From Asterias rubens (lineage: Eukaryota): DNA of 64,000 nucleotides. The stretch covers positions 19,468,001 through 19,532,000 of the forward strand of contig NC_047068.1 of assembly GCF_902459465.1 (NCBI RefSeq). The letters run 5' to 3'. Of the stretch, positions 36,942 through 50,100 are shown piece after piece. Numbering within the stretch: position 1 is the first letter of the stretch; each line of letters starts with the position of its first letter. The notes under the pieces are model-generated. The model was not told where the DNA came from. It was given only the letters and a program-made list of their open reading frames with translations, and made no database searches. A program made the position numbers and the translations under genes.

Positions 36942-37869
36942 CTTGTTTGGCCTCAAATAGACTTGATTCCAAGTCTGTGTGTGGTCGTGTGTTTTTAGTC
37001 TCTGTGGATAGCCCACAGGCCGACAATAGGGGGCGCTAGAGTGAAATTTTTGATTTTGAAGCTATAACGCGTCCACCAATGTTATTTTTGCACACGTTTC
37101 GGCAACTTTGAGGCAGTACCCTCACTTTTCTTAGATAGACAACACTTCATAAGTATTCCATATGACTGTATACAAAACAATGTCGTTTTTACAACTTTTT
37201 CCGGAGAAATCTAGGCTTGGTTCAAGTCCCTTATCGTGTGTTAGGTCTCAAACACATGTGTAACGCGCCACATACTTCGGCTCTCCGTTTTGCGTACGCT
37301 CGCGTCGAATGGACACCCAATCAATCACGTATCGGTAGCACGTAAGTCTATGCGATACGCGTCATCAGCGCCCGCAAATCACGCACTGACGCGCACTTTG
37401 GCCGGAATTTTTTTTTGTAAATAAAATCCTTCTACTTTGTCACGGCGTTTTAGAGAAAGTTCAGAAAAGGGGGAGAAACAGCAAACAAGTAGTAACGACA
37501 GAAAAAGGTATCTAGCTAATGAAGATGTTTTCTTCGGTGGAAGCATAGAAATGCCATCTTCTTCAGGACGAATCTTTTTTGAGTCGATTTAGAAGAAAAG
37601 CAGAATGAAAAGCACAACAGTGGCAATGAATGTACAGGAAAAAAGGGTGGATGGGCGATAAGCGCAGAATTAGGCTATAAGCAGAGCTACGAAATTGTAC
37701 CCTGTGGTATGGAACAAATTTGGTACACAGAACGTGTAGGGGATCAGACCATGGACATGGGTTACCGCTGGCGGCGCATATTCCCGCCGTTAGAGGCTAG
37801 GCTTCGTCTCGTCGCTTCGGGATTTTCGTCATCAAACATCTTGTGGAGTTCTCGATCGTCATAATTCCA

Positions 37870-40560
37870 GAAACTTAAAAGAAACTAAGTAAAGTATACT
37901 TTTATAAACGTTAATATTCATTTATCTAATACGGTTTATATTTTTACCCACAATTGTGTTGTAGATGTCGATGGTCAGTGAAGACAAATCGATTGAAATT
38001 CGCCGATCAGCCTGTTGTCAAGGCATGCGCGCTTTGCGCGCGGCGGTGTGTACTATATTATTATATAACTTTCCATGTATTTCATAAGGACCCTATTTAA
38101 TTGAAATATTAATAAGCCTTAGATATTGGCTTAAGGTTATCCTTGGATACGTTTGTGACGTATTTTTATCATGTTTTAATTTAGTTTATCTTATTTCTTC
38201 GTCTTTTCTCCTGTTGAAGTTGTGTATATGTATTTTTGACATGTTTTTAATCCGAATTTAAATCATATCAAAATCAAATAATGTGTTGTTGTGACCAGGG
38301 ACGGGTGCCCTCGGTGTTGTTGTTAGTGTTTTTAATGAATTTGTTCTACCCACGGTCATTATTGCAAATAAGTACTTGTAGTAGGTCTACGTACATGTGT
38401 TGTGTAATAAATCAAAGTCGCTGTTAATATTTATTTTAGCGGATTAACAGTTTATTGAATATTGGTGTGTGTCAAACCACTGCCCATGGTACGCGTATAT
38501 CGAAAGGTGTGAATTTTCGCATACATAATGAGCTGTGAGTGTCCTTTTTAAACGTTAATATTCACTTTTACGCTTTATATGATTACCGTGGTATTGTATC
38601 GCAGGGGCGGCCTGTTGACATTTTTAATCAATAGAAAGTTTAATAATAGGCATGCTCTGCGCGGTATGTGTACTGTGTACTAACTTTTGATTAAGGTATT
38701 TCCATGCAGGTTTCTACCTCCATGGGCATGGTGTTTCATTAGGGACCCCAATTGAAATATAAGCCTTATTTTGGCTTTATTATGTTATCCTTGGTTATGT
38801 TTGTGCCAGATTTTTATCGTGTTCTACTTTAATTTATCTGATTTCTTCGTCTTTTCTCCTGTTGAAGTTGTGTAATTTTTTCTTGTTTTTATCCAAATAA
38901 AAATCAAATCAAATCAAATACATCATAGACAGATAGTGCTGTTCTGTGTAGGGTACCCTCGATATTGTAAGAGTTTTTTTATATTTTTTATTCTACCACG
39001 ATCATTATATTGCAAACATGTACTTAGTAAGTAGGTCTACATGTGTCGTAATAAATCAAAGTCGCTGTTAATATTTTTGCTAATAAACGGTTTATTGAAT
39101 GTTGGTTGTAATCTATGTCAAACAACTGTCCATGTTACACGCACATTAAAAGGTGTGAATTTTTGCATACATAATGAGCTGTGGGTGTCCTTTTTAATTG
39201 TTATGTTCACTTAAATGGTATACCATGGTGTTGTAGATAGGGATGTCGATGATTGTCAGTGAAGACAATCGGTTCCAATTTGAGGTTTCAATTTGTATTG
39301 TAGCCTGTTGACACTTTTAATGATTGGTAATTTTATAGGCATGCTCTGCGCATGAAGGTATTTCTATGGAGGTTTCTATCTCTATGGGCATGGTTTTTTA
39401 TAGTGACTCGGGCCCAATGGAAATATGAATAAGCTCCTTTTGGCTTTATTAGGTTATTTTTGGTTGTTTGTGCTGTATTTTTATCATGTTCTAATTTATT
39501 TATCTTATTTCTTTGTCTTTTCTCCCATTTAAATTATTTTTGACATGTTTTTATCTGAATAAAAATCAAATCAAATCAAACCAAATCAGTGTTGCTTTGG
39601 GCAGGCAGGGTGCTCTCGATATGGTTTTAAGAGTTTTTAATGAATTTGTTCTATCATGGTCATTATTGCAAACATGTACTTGTTGTACATGTAGGTCTAC
39701 ATGTGTTATGTAATAAATCAAAGTCGCTGTTAATATTTATTTATAATTGATATCGGTTTTGTATCACCGTATTGAATATCGGTGGTAGTAATCTGTGTCA
39801 AACCACTGTCTACGGTACGCGCGCACCAAAACGTGTTTTGCCTACATGTAGAGCTGTGCGTGTCCTTTTAAATGTTTATAATCACTTATACTGTGAATGT
39901 TTACCATGGTGTTGTAGATAGGGATGTCAATGATTGTCAGTGAAGACAGTCGGTTCCAATTCGTCGGTTTCAATTTGCATTGAGCCTGTTGACATTTTTT
40001 TTTCTGCGCGGTGTGTGTACTTAAACTTTTAAGGTATTTCCATGGAAGTTTCTACCTCCATGGGCATAGTATTTCATAAGGGACCCTCTATGGAAATATT
40101 AATAAGCCTTAGATATTGGCTTTATTAGGTAATCCTTGGGTATGTTTGTGCTGTATTTGTTTCATGTTCTAATTTAATTTATTTTATGTCTTTTACATGT
40201 TTTTATCCGAGTAAATTCAAATAAAATCTAACCAAATCAGTGGGGTTCTGGGCATGCTGGGTGCCCTCGATGACAGAATTTGGTCTGCCATGGTCATTAA
40301 TGCAAACATGTACCTGTAGGTCTACATGTGTTATTTAATTACTATAAGTCAAAGTCGCTGATAACATTTATAAGCGTATAGTGATTTAAATCGTCGTTGT
40401 GAATATCTGTAGTAGTAGTAATCTGTGTCAAACCACTGGTCAGTCGGTGCGCAACTTCTCAAAAGTGCTTTAGTTCTGTGCAACAAAATTCATGGTACGT
40501 GCGCACTAAAACATGTTTTGCATACATTATGAGCTGCGGTCTTCCTTTTTAAAAATTAAA
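37870..40560. repeat. Degenerate tandem array, about 650-bp unit, about 4 copies
   Basis: TCAAAGTCGCTG at about 38412, 39057, 39718 and 40348; GTCAGTGAAGAC at about 37975, 39256 and 39936; AATAAA-(TCAAA)n tails near 38265, 38897, 39560 and 40213. Confidence 0.85.
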
Positions 40561-41112
40561 TAATATCTTACCTTTGATAAAAATAATTAGATGAGAACTT
40601 TTCCGTCTTTGTATTAATGTTTAAGTGTCAGAAAAGGTCTCTTGTTATTTTATCGAATCCCCAAAGTAGATTCGAACATTTGTGTGGAAGTTTGTTTATT
40701 CCTTTCTGTTATGGTGGGGAAAATTTAGTTTATTTGGTGGATCATAAAGATCTGCATTTGCGATCAGGCTGATTATTAATTTAAAACAATGTACTGGGAG
40801 GTTTTTTGATAAAAACTTTATGTTTGATATTAAAATTTAAGTCTCAGAAAAGGTCTCTTTTTGTCATTTATTGAATCCCGGTTGTAAATTTTCATCATTT
40901 GTATAATTATTTTGTGAAAGGGCACAGTGTCAATGAATAAAACTATTATGACCCTGGATTATGTCATCATTTTATTGCCTGTTATCTTGTCAGTGTAAAG
41001 CATTTTGAGATTTTATGTAATACCTTATATGTTAAGAATAGTTACTTTTTAATAATGTTATGGAGTCCTCCGTGGTAATGACGTGGCCAAAGAACGTTTT
41101 CTTCCTCGCAAA

Positions 41113-41485
41113 TCATCTGTTTTCTCAGCATCAACTCACTTTCTATGGATCGCAGTCATCTGTCTTCTCAGCATCAACTCACTTTCTATGGATCGCAGTC
41201 ATCTGTTTTCTCAGCGTCAACTCACTTTCTATGGATCGCAGTCATCTGTTTTCTCAGCATCAACTCACTTTCTATGGATCGCAGTCATCTGTCTTCTCAG
41301 CATCAACTCACTTTCTATGGATCGCAGTCATCTGTTTTCTCAGCGTCAACTCACTTTCTATGGATCGCAGTCATCTGTTTTCTCAGCATCAACTCACTTT
41401 CTATGGATCGCAGTCATCTGTTTTTCTCAGCATCAAATCACTTTCTATGGATCGCAGTCATCTGTTTTCTCAGCATCAACTCACT
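41113..41485. repeat. 43-bp minisatellite, about 8.7 copies
   Basis: Unit TCATCTGTTTTCTCAGCATCAACTCACTTTCTATGGATCGCAG. Confidence 0.95.
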
Positions 41486-41590
41486 TGGAGAATGCGTCTG
41501 TCATGCAACAGTCACCAACCTCATCTAAAAATGGCCATGGACGTTTGAACTTTGAACAATCCGGTCTACCTTGGTTGATAACCGTTTGTC

Positions 41591-44050
41591 AACCATTAGG
41601 CCCCTCAATGAACTGGAGCGCTCTACTGCGCAACCATTAGGCCCCTCAATGAACTGGAGCGCTCTACTGCGCTAAGCAAATCGATCGGTTTTATTTAGGT
41701 AGGCCTAAAATAACTCTTATACTATTACCTGTTTTATCTTAAATTGTAATGTTAACAAACGTTTGTTCTCAAAACAGGTTGCCATATGATCCAAAGTTCC
41801 CTCGTCTTCCCTGGTTACTAACCATTTTTTTTGTTTTGTCAATCAGGACAAGGCCCTTGGCCTTTGATGTAGGAGCGCTCAGTGCGGCCAGAGTCCTTAC
41901 TCTATGGTGCGGCTAAGCGAATCGATCGGTTTTATTTAGGTAGGCCTAAAATATCTCTTATACTATTCTTGTTTTATCTTAAATTGTAATGTTAACAAAC
42001 GTTTATTCCCCAAAACAGGTTGCCGTGGTCCATAGTTCCCTCGTCTTCCCTGGTTACTAACCATTTTCTTTGTTTTGTCAATCAGGACGAGGCCCTTTGA
42101 TGTAGGAGCGCTCAGTGCGGCTAAGCGAATCGATCGGTTTTATTTAGGTAGGCCTAAAATATCTCTTAAACTATTACCTATACTATCTTATTGTAATGTT
42201 AACAAACGTTTTTTTCCCAAAACAGGTTGCCTTGGTCCATAGTTCCCTCGTCTTCCCTGGTTACTAACCATTTTCTTTGTTTTGTCAATCAGGACGAGGC
42301 CCTTTGATGTATCGAGCGCTCAGTGCGGCTAAGCGAATCGATCGGTTTTATTTAGGTAGGCCTAAAATATCTCTTAAACTATTACCTATACTATCTTATT
42401 GTAATGTTAACAAACGTTTTTTCCCAAAACAGGTTGCCTTGGTCCATAGTTCCCTCGTCTTCCCTGGTTACTAACCATTTTCTTTGTTTTGTCAATCAGG
42501 ACGAGGCCCTTCGATGTATCGAGCGCTCTACGCGGCTTAGCAAATCGATCGGTTCTAGTTAGGCGACCATTAAATATCTCTTATACTATTACCTATACTA
42601 TCTTATTGTAATGTTAACAAACGTTTATTCCCCAAAACAGGTTGCCATGACCCGAAGTTCCCCCGTCTTCCCTGGTTACTAACCATTTTCTTTGTTTTGT
42701 CAATCAGGACGAGGCCCTTTGATGTATCGAGCGCTCAGTGCGGCTAAGCGAATCGATCGGTTTTATTTAGGTAGGCCTAAAATATCTCTTAAACTATTAC
42801 CTATACTATCTTATTGTAATGTTAACAAACGTTTTTTCCCAAAACAGGTTGCCTTGGTCCATAGTTCCCTCGTCTTCCCTGGTTACTAACCATTTTCTTT
42901 GTTTTGTCAATCAGGACGAGGCCCTTTGATGTATCGAGCGCTCAGTGCGGCTAAGCGAATCGATCGGTTTTATTTAGGTAGGCCTAAAATATCTCTTAAA
43001 CTATTACCTATACTATCTTATTGTAATGTTAACAAACGTTTTTTCCCAAAACAGGTTGCCTTGGTCCATAGTTCCCTCGTCTTCCCTGGTTACTAACCAT
43101 TTTCTTTGTTTTGTCAATCAGGACGAGGCCCTTCGATGTATCGAGCGCTCTATGCGGCTTAGCAAATCGATCGGTTCTAGTTAGGCGACCATTAAATATC
43201 TCTTATACTATTACCTATACTATCTTATTGTAATGTTAACAAACGTTTTTTCCCAAAACAGGTTGCCTTGGTCCATAGTTCCCTCGTCTTCCCTGGTTAC
43301 TAACCATTTTCTTTGTTTTGTCAATCAGGACGAGGCCCTTTGATGTATCGAGCGCTCAGTGCGGCTAAGCGAATCGATCGGTTTTATTTAGGTAGGCCTA
43401 AAATATCTCTTAAACTATTACCTATACTATCTTATTGTAATGTTAACAAACGTTTTTTCCCAAAACAGGTTGCCTTGGTCCATAGTTCCCTCGTCTTCCC
43501 TGGTTACTAACCATTTTCTTTGTTTTGTCAATCAGGACGAGGCCCTTCGATGTATCGAGCGCTCTACGCGGCTTAGCAAATCGATCGGTTCTAGTTAGGC
43601 GACCATTAAATATCTCTTATACTATTACCTATACTATCTTATTGTAATGTTAACAAACGTTTATTCCCCAAAACAGGTTGCCATGACCCGAAGTTCCCCC
43701 GTCTTCCCTGGTTACTAACCATTTTCTTTGTTTTGTCAATCAGGACGAGGCCCTTTGATGTATCGAGCGCTCAGTGCGGCTAAGCGAATCGATCGGTTTT
43801 ATTTAGGTAGGCCTAAAATATCTCTTAAACTATTACCTATACTATCTTATTGTAATGTTAACAAACGTTTTTTCCCAAAACAGGTTGCCTTGGTCCATAG
43901 TTCCCTCGTCTTCCCTGGTTACTAACCATTTTCTTTGTTTTGTCAATCAGGACGAGGCCCTTCGATGTATCGAGCGCTCTACGCGGCTTAGCAAATCGAT
44001 CGGTTCTAGTTAGGCGACCATTAAAAATCTCTTATACTATTACCTATGTT
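41591..44050. repeat. 207-bp satellite (family A), about 11 units in two interleaved variants, preceded by a 41-bp duplication
   Basis: Identical 65-aa ORF hits at 42277, 42692, 42899, 43313 and 43728 (multiples of about 207); variants CTCAGTGCGGCTAAG versus CTCTACGCGGCTTAG. Confidence 0.95.
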
Positions 44051-44129
44051 ATCATATGTAATGCTGTTCCAAAGAGATACCACTTTGTGCCCTTTCCTCC
44101 GGTTCCCATCCCAAATCTAACTCGTGCCA

Positions 44130-47100
44130 CTCGATCCACTAAGAGAACCTACTCTGCGGTAGTAGGCACCCTACCTAACAAATCCCTATGATAGCAATGG
44201 AATAAAAGCTAACTCTGAGGCAGTGAGTTAAAAACTTTATTCCCTAAATAGGTTGCTATGATCCAAATTCCCCTTTTCTTTCCTAGGTAGACTGGCACAC
44301 TACCAAACAAAAGCCTATAATAGCAAGGGCTTGAGAATACGGGAATAAAATAAAGGAACTAAAACTAGTAGTGAAATTAGTAGCGAGAAATCCACTCGAT
44401 CCACTCAGAGAACCTACTCTGCGGTAGTAGGTAGACTGGCACTCTACTAAACAAAACCCTATAATAGCAAGGGCTTGAGAATACGGGAATAAAATAAAGG
44501 AACTAAAACTAGTAGTGAAATTAGTATTGAGAAATCCACTCGATCCACTAAGAGAACCTACTCTGCGGTAGTAGGTAGACTGGCACTCTACCAAACAAAA
44601 CCCTATAATAGCAAGGGCTTGAGAATACGGGAATATAACAAAGGAACTAAAACTAGTAGTGAAATTAGTATTGAGAAGTCCACTCGATACACTAAGAGAA
44701 CCTACTCTGCGGTAGAAGGCACCCTACCTAACAAATCCCTATGATAGCAATGGAATAAAAGCTAACTCTGAGGCAGTGAGTTAATAAATTTATTCCCTAA
44801 AGAGGTTGCTATGATCCAAATTCCCCTTTTCTTCCCTAGGTAGACTGGCACACTACCAAACAAAACCCTATAATAGCAAGGGCTTGAGAATACGGGAATA
44901 AAATAAAGGAACTAAAACTAGTAGTGAAATTAGTAGCGAGAAATCCACTTGATCCACTAAGAGAAACTACTCTGCAGTGGTAGGTAGACTGGCACTCTAC
45001 CAAACAAAACCCTATAATAGCAAGGGCTTGAGAATACGGGAATATAATAAAGGAACTAAAACTAGTAGTGAAATTAGTAGCGAGAAGTCCACTCGATACA
45101 CTAAGAGAACCTACTCTGCGGTAGTAGGCACCCTACCTAAAAAATCCCTAGGATAGCAATGGAATAAAAGCTTACTCTGAGGCAGTGAGTTTATAACTTT
45201 ATTCCGTAAAGAGGTTGCTATGATCCAAATTCCTCTTGTCTTCCCTGTTTACTAACCAATTTTTTTGAGAAAGCCACTCGATCCACTAAGAGAACCTACT
45301 CTGCGGTAGTAGGCACCCTACCTAACAAATCCCTAGGATAGCAATGGAATAAAGCTAACTCTGAGGCAGTGAGTTTATAACTTTATTCCGTAAAGAGGTT
45401 GCTATGATCCAAATTCCTCTTGTCTTCCCTGTTTACTAGCCAATTTTTTTGAGAAAGCCACTCGATCCACTAAGAAAACCTACTCTGCGGTAGTAGGCAC
45501 CCTACCTAAGAATTCCTATGATAGCAATGGAATAAAAGCTAACTCTGAGGCAGTGAGTTAATAAATTTATTCCGTAAAGAGGTTGCTATGATCCAAAGTT
45601 CCCCTTGTCTTCCCTGTTTACTAACCAATTTTATTGAGAAGTCCACTCGATCCACTAAGAGAACCTACTTTGCGGTAGTAGGCACCCTACCTAACAAATC
45701 CCTATGATAGCAATAGAATAAAAGCTAACTCTGAGGCAGTGAGTTAATAACCTTATTCTGTAAAGAGGTTGCTATGATTCAAATTCCCCTTTTCTTCCCT
45801 AGGTAGACTGGCACACTACCAAACAAAAGCCTATAATAGCAAGGGCTTGAGAATACGGGAATAAAATAAAGGAACTAAAACTAGTAGTGAAATTAGTAGC
45901 GAGAAATCCACTCGATCCACTCAGAGAACCTACTCTGCGGTAGTAGGTAGACTGGCACTCTACTAAACAAAACCCTATAATAGCAAGGGCTTGAGAATAC
46001 GGGAATATAATAAAGGAACTAAAACTAGTAGTGAAATTAGTAGCGAGAAGTCCACTCGATACACTAAGAGAACCTACTCTGCGGTAGTAGGCACCCTACC
46101 TAAAAAATCCCTAGGATAGCAATGGAATAAAAGCTTACTCTGAGGCAGTGAGTTTATAACTTTATTCCGTAAAGAGGTTGCTATGATCCAAATTCCTCTT
46201 GTCTTCCCTGTTTACTAACCAATTTTTTTGAGAAAGCCACTCGATCCACTAAGAAAACCTACTCTGCGGTAGTAGGCACCCTACCTAACAAATCCCTAGG
46301 ATAGCAATGGAATAAAGCTAACTCTGAGGCAGTGAGTTTATAACTTTATTCCGTAAAGAGGTTGCTATGATCCAAATTCCTCTTGTCTTCCCTGTTTACT
46401 AGCCAATTTTTTTGAGAAAGCCACTCGATCCACTAAGAAAACCTACTCTGCGGTAGTAGGCACCCTACCTAAGAATTCCTATGATAGCAATGGAATAAAA
46501 GCTAACTCTGAGGCAGTGAGTTAATAAATTTATTCCGTAAAGAGGTTGCTATGATCCAAAGTTCCCCTTGTCTTCCCTGTTTACTAACCAATTTTATTGA
46601 GAAGTCCACTCGATCCACTAAGAGAACCTACTTTGCGGTAGTAGGCACCCTACCTAACAAATCCCTATGATAGCAATGGAATAAAAGCTAACTCTGAGGC
46701 AGTGAGTTAATAACCTTATTCTGTAAAGAGGTTGCTATGATCCAAATTCCCCTTGTCTTTCCTGTTTACTAACCAATTTTTTTGAGAAGTCCACTCGATC
46801 CACTAAGAAAACCTACTCTGCGGTAGTAGGCACCCTACCTAACAAATCCCTATGATAGCAATGGAATAAAAGCTAACTCTGAGGCAGTGAGTTAATAACC
46901 TTATTCTGTAAAGAGGTTGCTATGATCCAAATTCCCCTTGTCTTTCCTGTTTACTAACCAATTTTTTTGAGAAGTCCACTCGATCCACTAAGAGAACCTA
47001 CTCTGCAGTAGTAGGAACCCTACCTAACAAATCCCTATGATAGCAATGGAATAAAAGCTTACTCTGAGGCAGTGAGTTTATAACTTTTATCCGTATACAG

Positions 47101-50100
47101 GTTGCTATGATCCAAATTCCCCTTGTCTTCCCTGTTTACTAACCAATTTTTTTGAGAAGTCCACTCGATCCACTAAGAGAACCTACTCTGCGGTAGTAGG
47201 CACCCTACCTAACAAATCCCTATGATAGCAATGGAATAAAAGCTAACTCTGAGGCAGTGAGTTAATAACCATATTCCGTAAAGAGGTTGCTATGATCCAA
47301 AGTTCCCCTTGTCTTCCCTGTTTACTAACCAATTTTTTTGAGAAGTCCACTCGATCCACTAAGAGAACCTACTCTGCGGTAGTAGGCACCCTACCTAACA
47401 AATCCCTATGATAGCAATGGAATAAAAGCTAACTCTGAGGCAGTGAGTTTATAACTTTATTCCGTAAAGAGGTTGCTATGATCCAAATTCCCCTTGTCTT
47501 CCCTGTTTACTAACCAATTTTTTTGAGAAGTCCACTCGATCCACTAAGAGAACCTACTCTGCGGTAGTAGGCACCCTACCTAACAAATCCCTATGATAGC
47601 AATGGAATAAAAGCTAACTCTGAGGCGGTGAGTTAATAAATTTATTCCGTAAAGAGGTTGCTATAATCCAAATTCCCTTGTCTTCCCTGTTTACTAACCA
47701 ATTTTTTTGAGAAGTCCACTCGATCCACTGAGAGAACCTACTCTGCGGTAGTAGGCACCCTACCTAACAAATCCCTATGATAGCAATGGAATAAAAGCTT
47801 ACTCTGAGGCAGTGAGTTTATAACTTTATTCCGTAAAGAGGTTGCTATGATCCAAATTCCCCTTGTCTTCCCTGTTTACTAACCAATTTTTTTGAGAAGT
47901 CCACTCGATCCACTAAGAGAACCTACTCTGCAGTAGTAGGAACCCTACCTAACAAATCCCTATGATAGCAATGAAATAAAAGCTAACTCTGAGGCAGTGA
48001 GTTTATAACTTTATTCCGTAAAGAGGTTGCTATGATCCAAATTCCCCTTGTCTTCCCTGTTTACTAACCAATTTTTTTGAGAAGTCCACTCGATCCACTG
48101 AGAGAACCTACTCTGCGGTAGTAGGCACCCTACCTAACAAATCCCTATGATAGCAATGGAATAAAAGCTAACTCTGAGGCGGTGAGTTAATAAATTTATT
48201 CCGTAAAGAGGTTGCTATGATCCAAATTCCCTTGTCTTCCCTGTTTACTAACCAATTTTTTTGAGAAGTCCACTCGATCCACTGAGAGAACCTACTCTGC
48301 GGTAGTAGGCACCCTACCTAACAAATCCCTATGATAGCAATGGAATAAAAGCTAACTCTGAGGCAGTGAGTTAATAAATTTATTCCGTAAAGAGGTTGCT
48401 ATGATCTAAATTCCCCTTGTCTTTTCTGTTTACTAACCAATTTTTTTGAGAAGTCCACTCGATCCACTAATAAGAGAACCTACTCTGCGGTAGTATGCAC
48501 CCTACCTAACAAATCCCTATGATAGCAATGGAATAAAAGCTAACTCTGAGGCAGTGAGTTAATAAATTTATTCCGTAAGAGGTTGCTATGATCCAAATTC
48601 CCCTTGTCTTCCCTGTTTTACTAACCAATTTTTGTGAGAAGTCCACTCGATCCACTAAGAGAACCTACTCTGCGGTAGTAGGCACTCTACCTAACAAATC
48701 CCTATGATAGCAATGGAATAAAAGCTAACTCTGAGGCAGTGAGTTAATAACCTTATTCCGTAAAGAGGTTGCTTTGATCCAAATTCCCCTTGTCTTTCCT
48801 GTTTACTAACCAATTTTTGTGAGAAGTCCACTCGATCCACTAAGAGAACCTACTCTGCGGTAGTAGGAACCCTACCTAACAAATCCCTATGATAGCAATG
48901 GAATAAAAGCTAACTCTGAGGCAGTGAGTTAATAACCTTATTCCGTAAAGAGGTTGCTTTGATCCAAATTCCCCTTGTCTTCCCCGTTTACTAACCAATT
49001 TTTTTGAGAAGTCCACTCGATCCACTAAGAGAACCTACTCTGCGATAGTAGGCACCCTACCTAACAAATCCCTATGATAGCAATGGAATAAAAGCTAACT
49101 CTGAGGCAGTGAGTTAATAACCTTATTCCGTAAAGAGGTTGCTTTGATCCAAATTCCCCTTGTCTTCCCTGTTTACTAACCAATTTTTTTGAGAAGTCCA
49201 CTCGATCCACTAAGAGAACCTACTCTGCGATAGTAGGCACCCTACCTAACAAATCCCTATGATAGCAATGGAATAAAAGCTAACTCTGAGGCAGTGAGTT
49301 AATAACCTTATTCCGTAAAGAGGTTGCTATGATCCAAATTCCCCTTGTCTTCCATGTTTACTAACCAATTTTTTTGAGAAGTCCACTCGATCCACTAAGA
49401 GAACCTACTCTGCGGTAGTAGGCACCCTACCTAACAAATCCCTATGATAGCAATGGAATAAAAGCTAACTCTGAGGCGGTGAGTTAATAAATTTATTCCG
49501 TAAAGAGGTTGCTATGATCCAAATTCCCTTGTCTTCCCTGTTTACTAACCAATTTTTTTGAGAAGTCCACTCGATCCACTGAGAGAACCTACTCTGCGGT
49601 AGTAGGCACCCTACCTAACAAATCCCTATGATAGCAATGGAATAAAAGCTAACTCTGAGGCAGTGAGTTAATAAATTTATTCCGTAAAGAGGTTGCTATG
49701 ATCTAAATTCCCCTTGTCTTTTCTGTTTACTAACCAATTTTTTTGAGAAGTCCACTCGATCCACTAATAAGAGAACCTACTCTGCGGTAGTATGCACCCT
49801 ACCTAACAAATCCCTATGATAGCAATGGAATAAAAGCTAACTCTGAGGCAGTGAGTTAATAAATTTATTCCGTAAGAGGTTGCTATGATCCAAATTCCCC
49901 TTGTCTTCCCTGTTTTACTAACCAATTTTTGTGAGAAGTCCACTCGATCCACTAAGAGAACCTACTCTGCGGTAGTAGGCACTCTACCTAACAAATCCCT
50001 ATGATAGCAATGGAATAAAAGCTAACTCTGAGGCAGTGAGTTAATAACCTTATTCCGTAAAGAGGTTGCTTTGATCCAAATTCCCCTTGTCTTTCCTGTT

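Noticed and set aside
37490-37870. Coding exon downstream of the DHX40 promoter on the plus strand
   Set aside because: Stops in the frames examined and no recognisable similarity; at most a non-coding first exon
41060-41640. Three overlapping repetitive ORFs of 127-185 aa
   Set aside because: Artefact of a stop-free 43-bp minisatellite
42270-42300. Hammerhead on the minus strand of family A (CTGATTGA ... GAAA)
   Set aside because: Extra base in the core, no stem II pairing and no stem I/III
42277-44594. Repeated 65-aa ORFs and the 83-aa and 103-aa ORFs
   Set aside because: Non-ATG starts, translation of satellite monomers, interrupted by stops in alternate units
47220-47300. C/D-box snoRNA in each 185-bp unit (ATGATAG ... 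CTGA ... GTGAGTT ... ATGA)
   Set aside because: Box C and box D both deviate at k-turn positions, and the same bases pair better as a plain Watson-Crick stem; kept only as a generic hairpin
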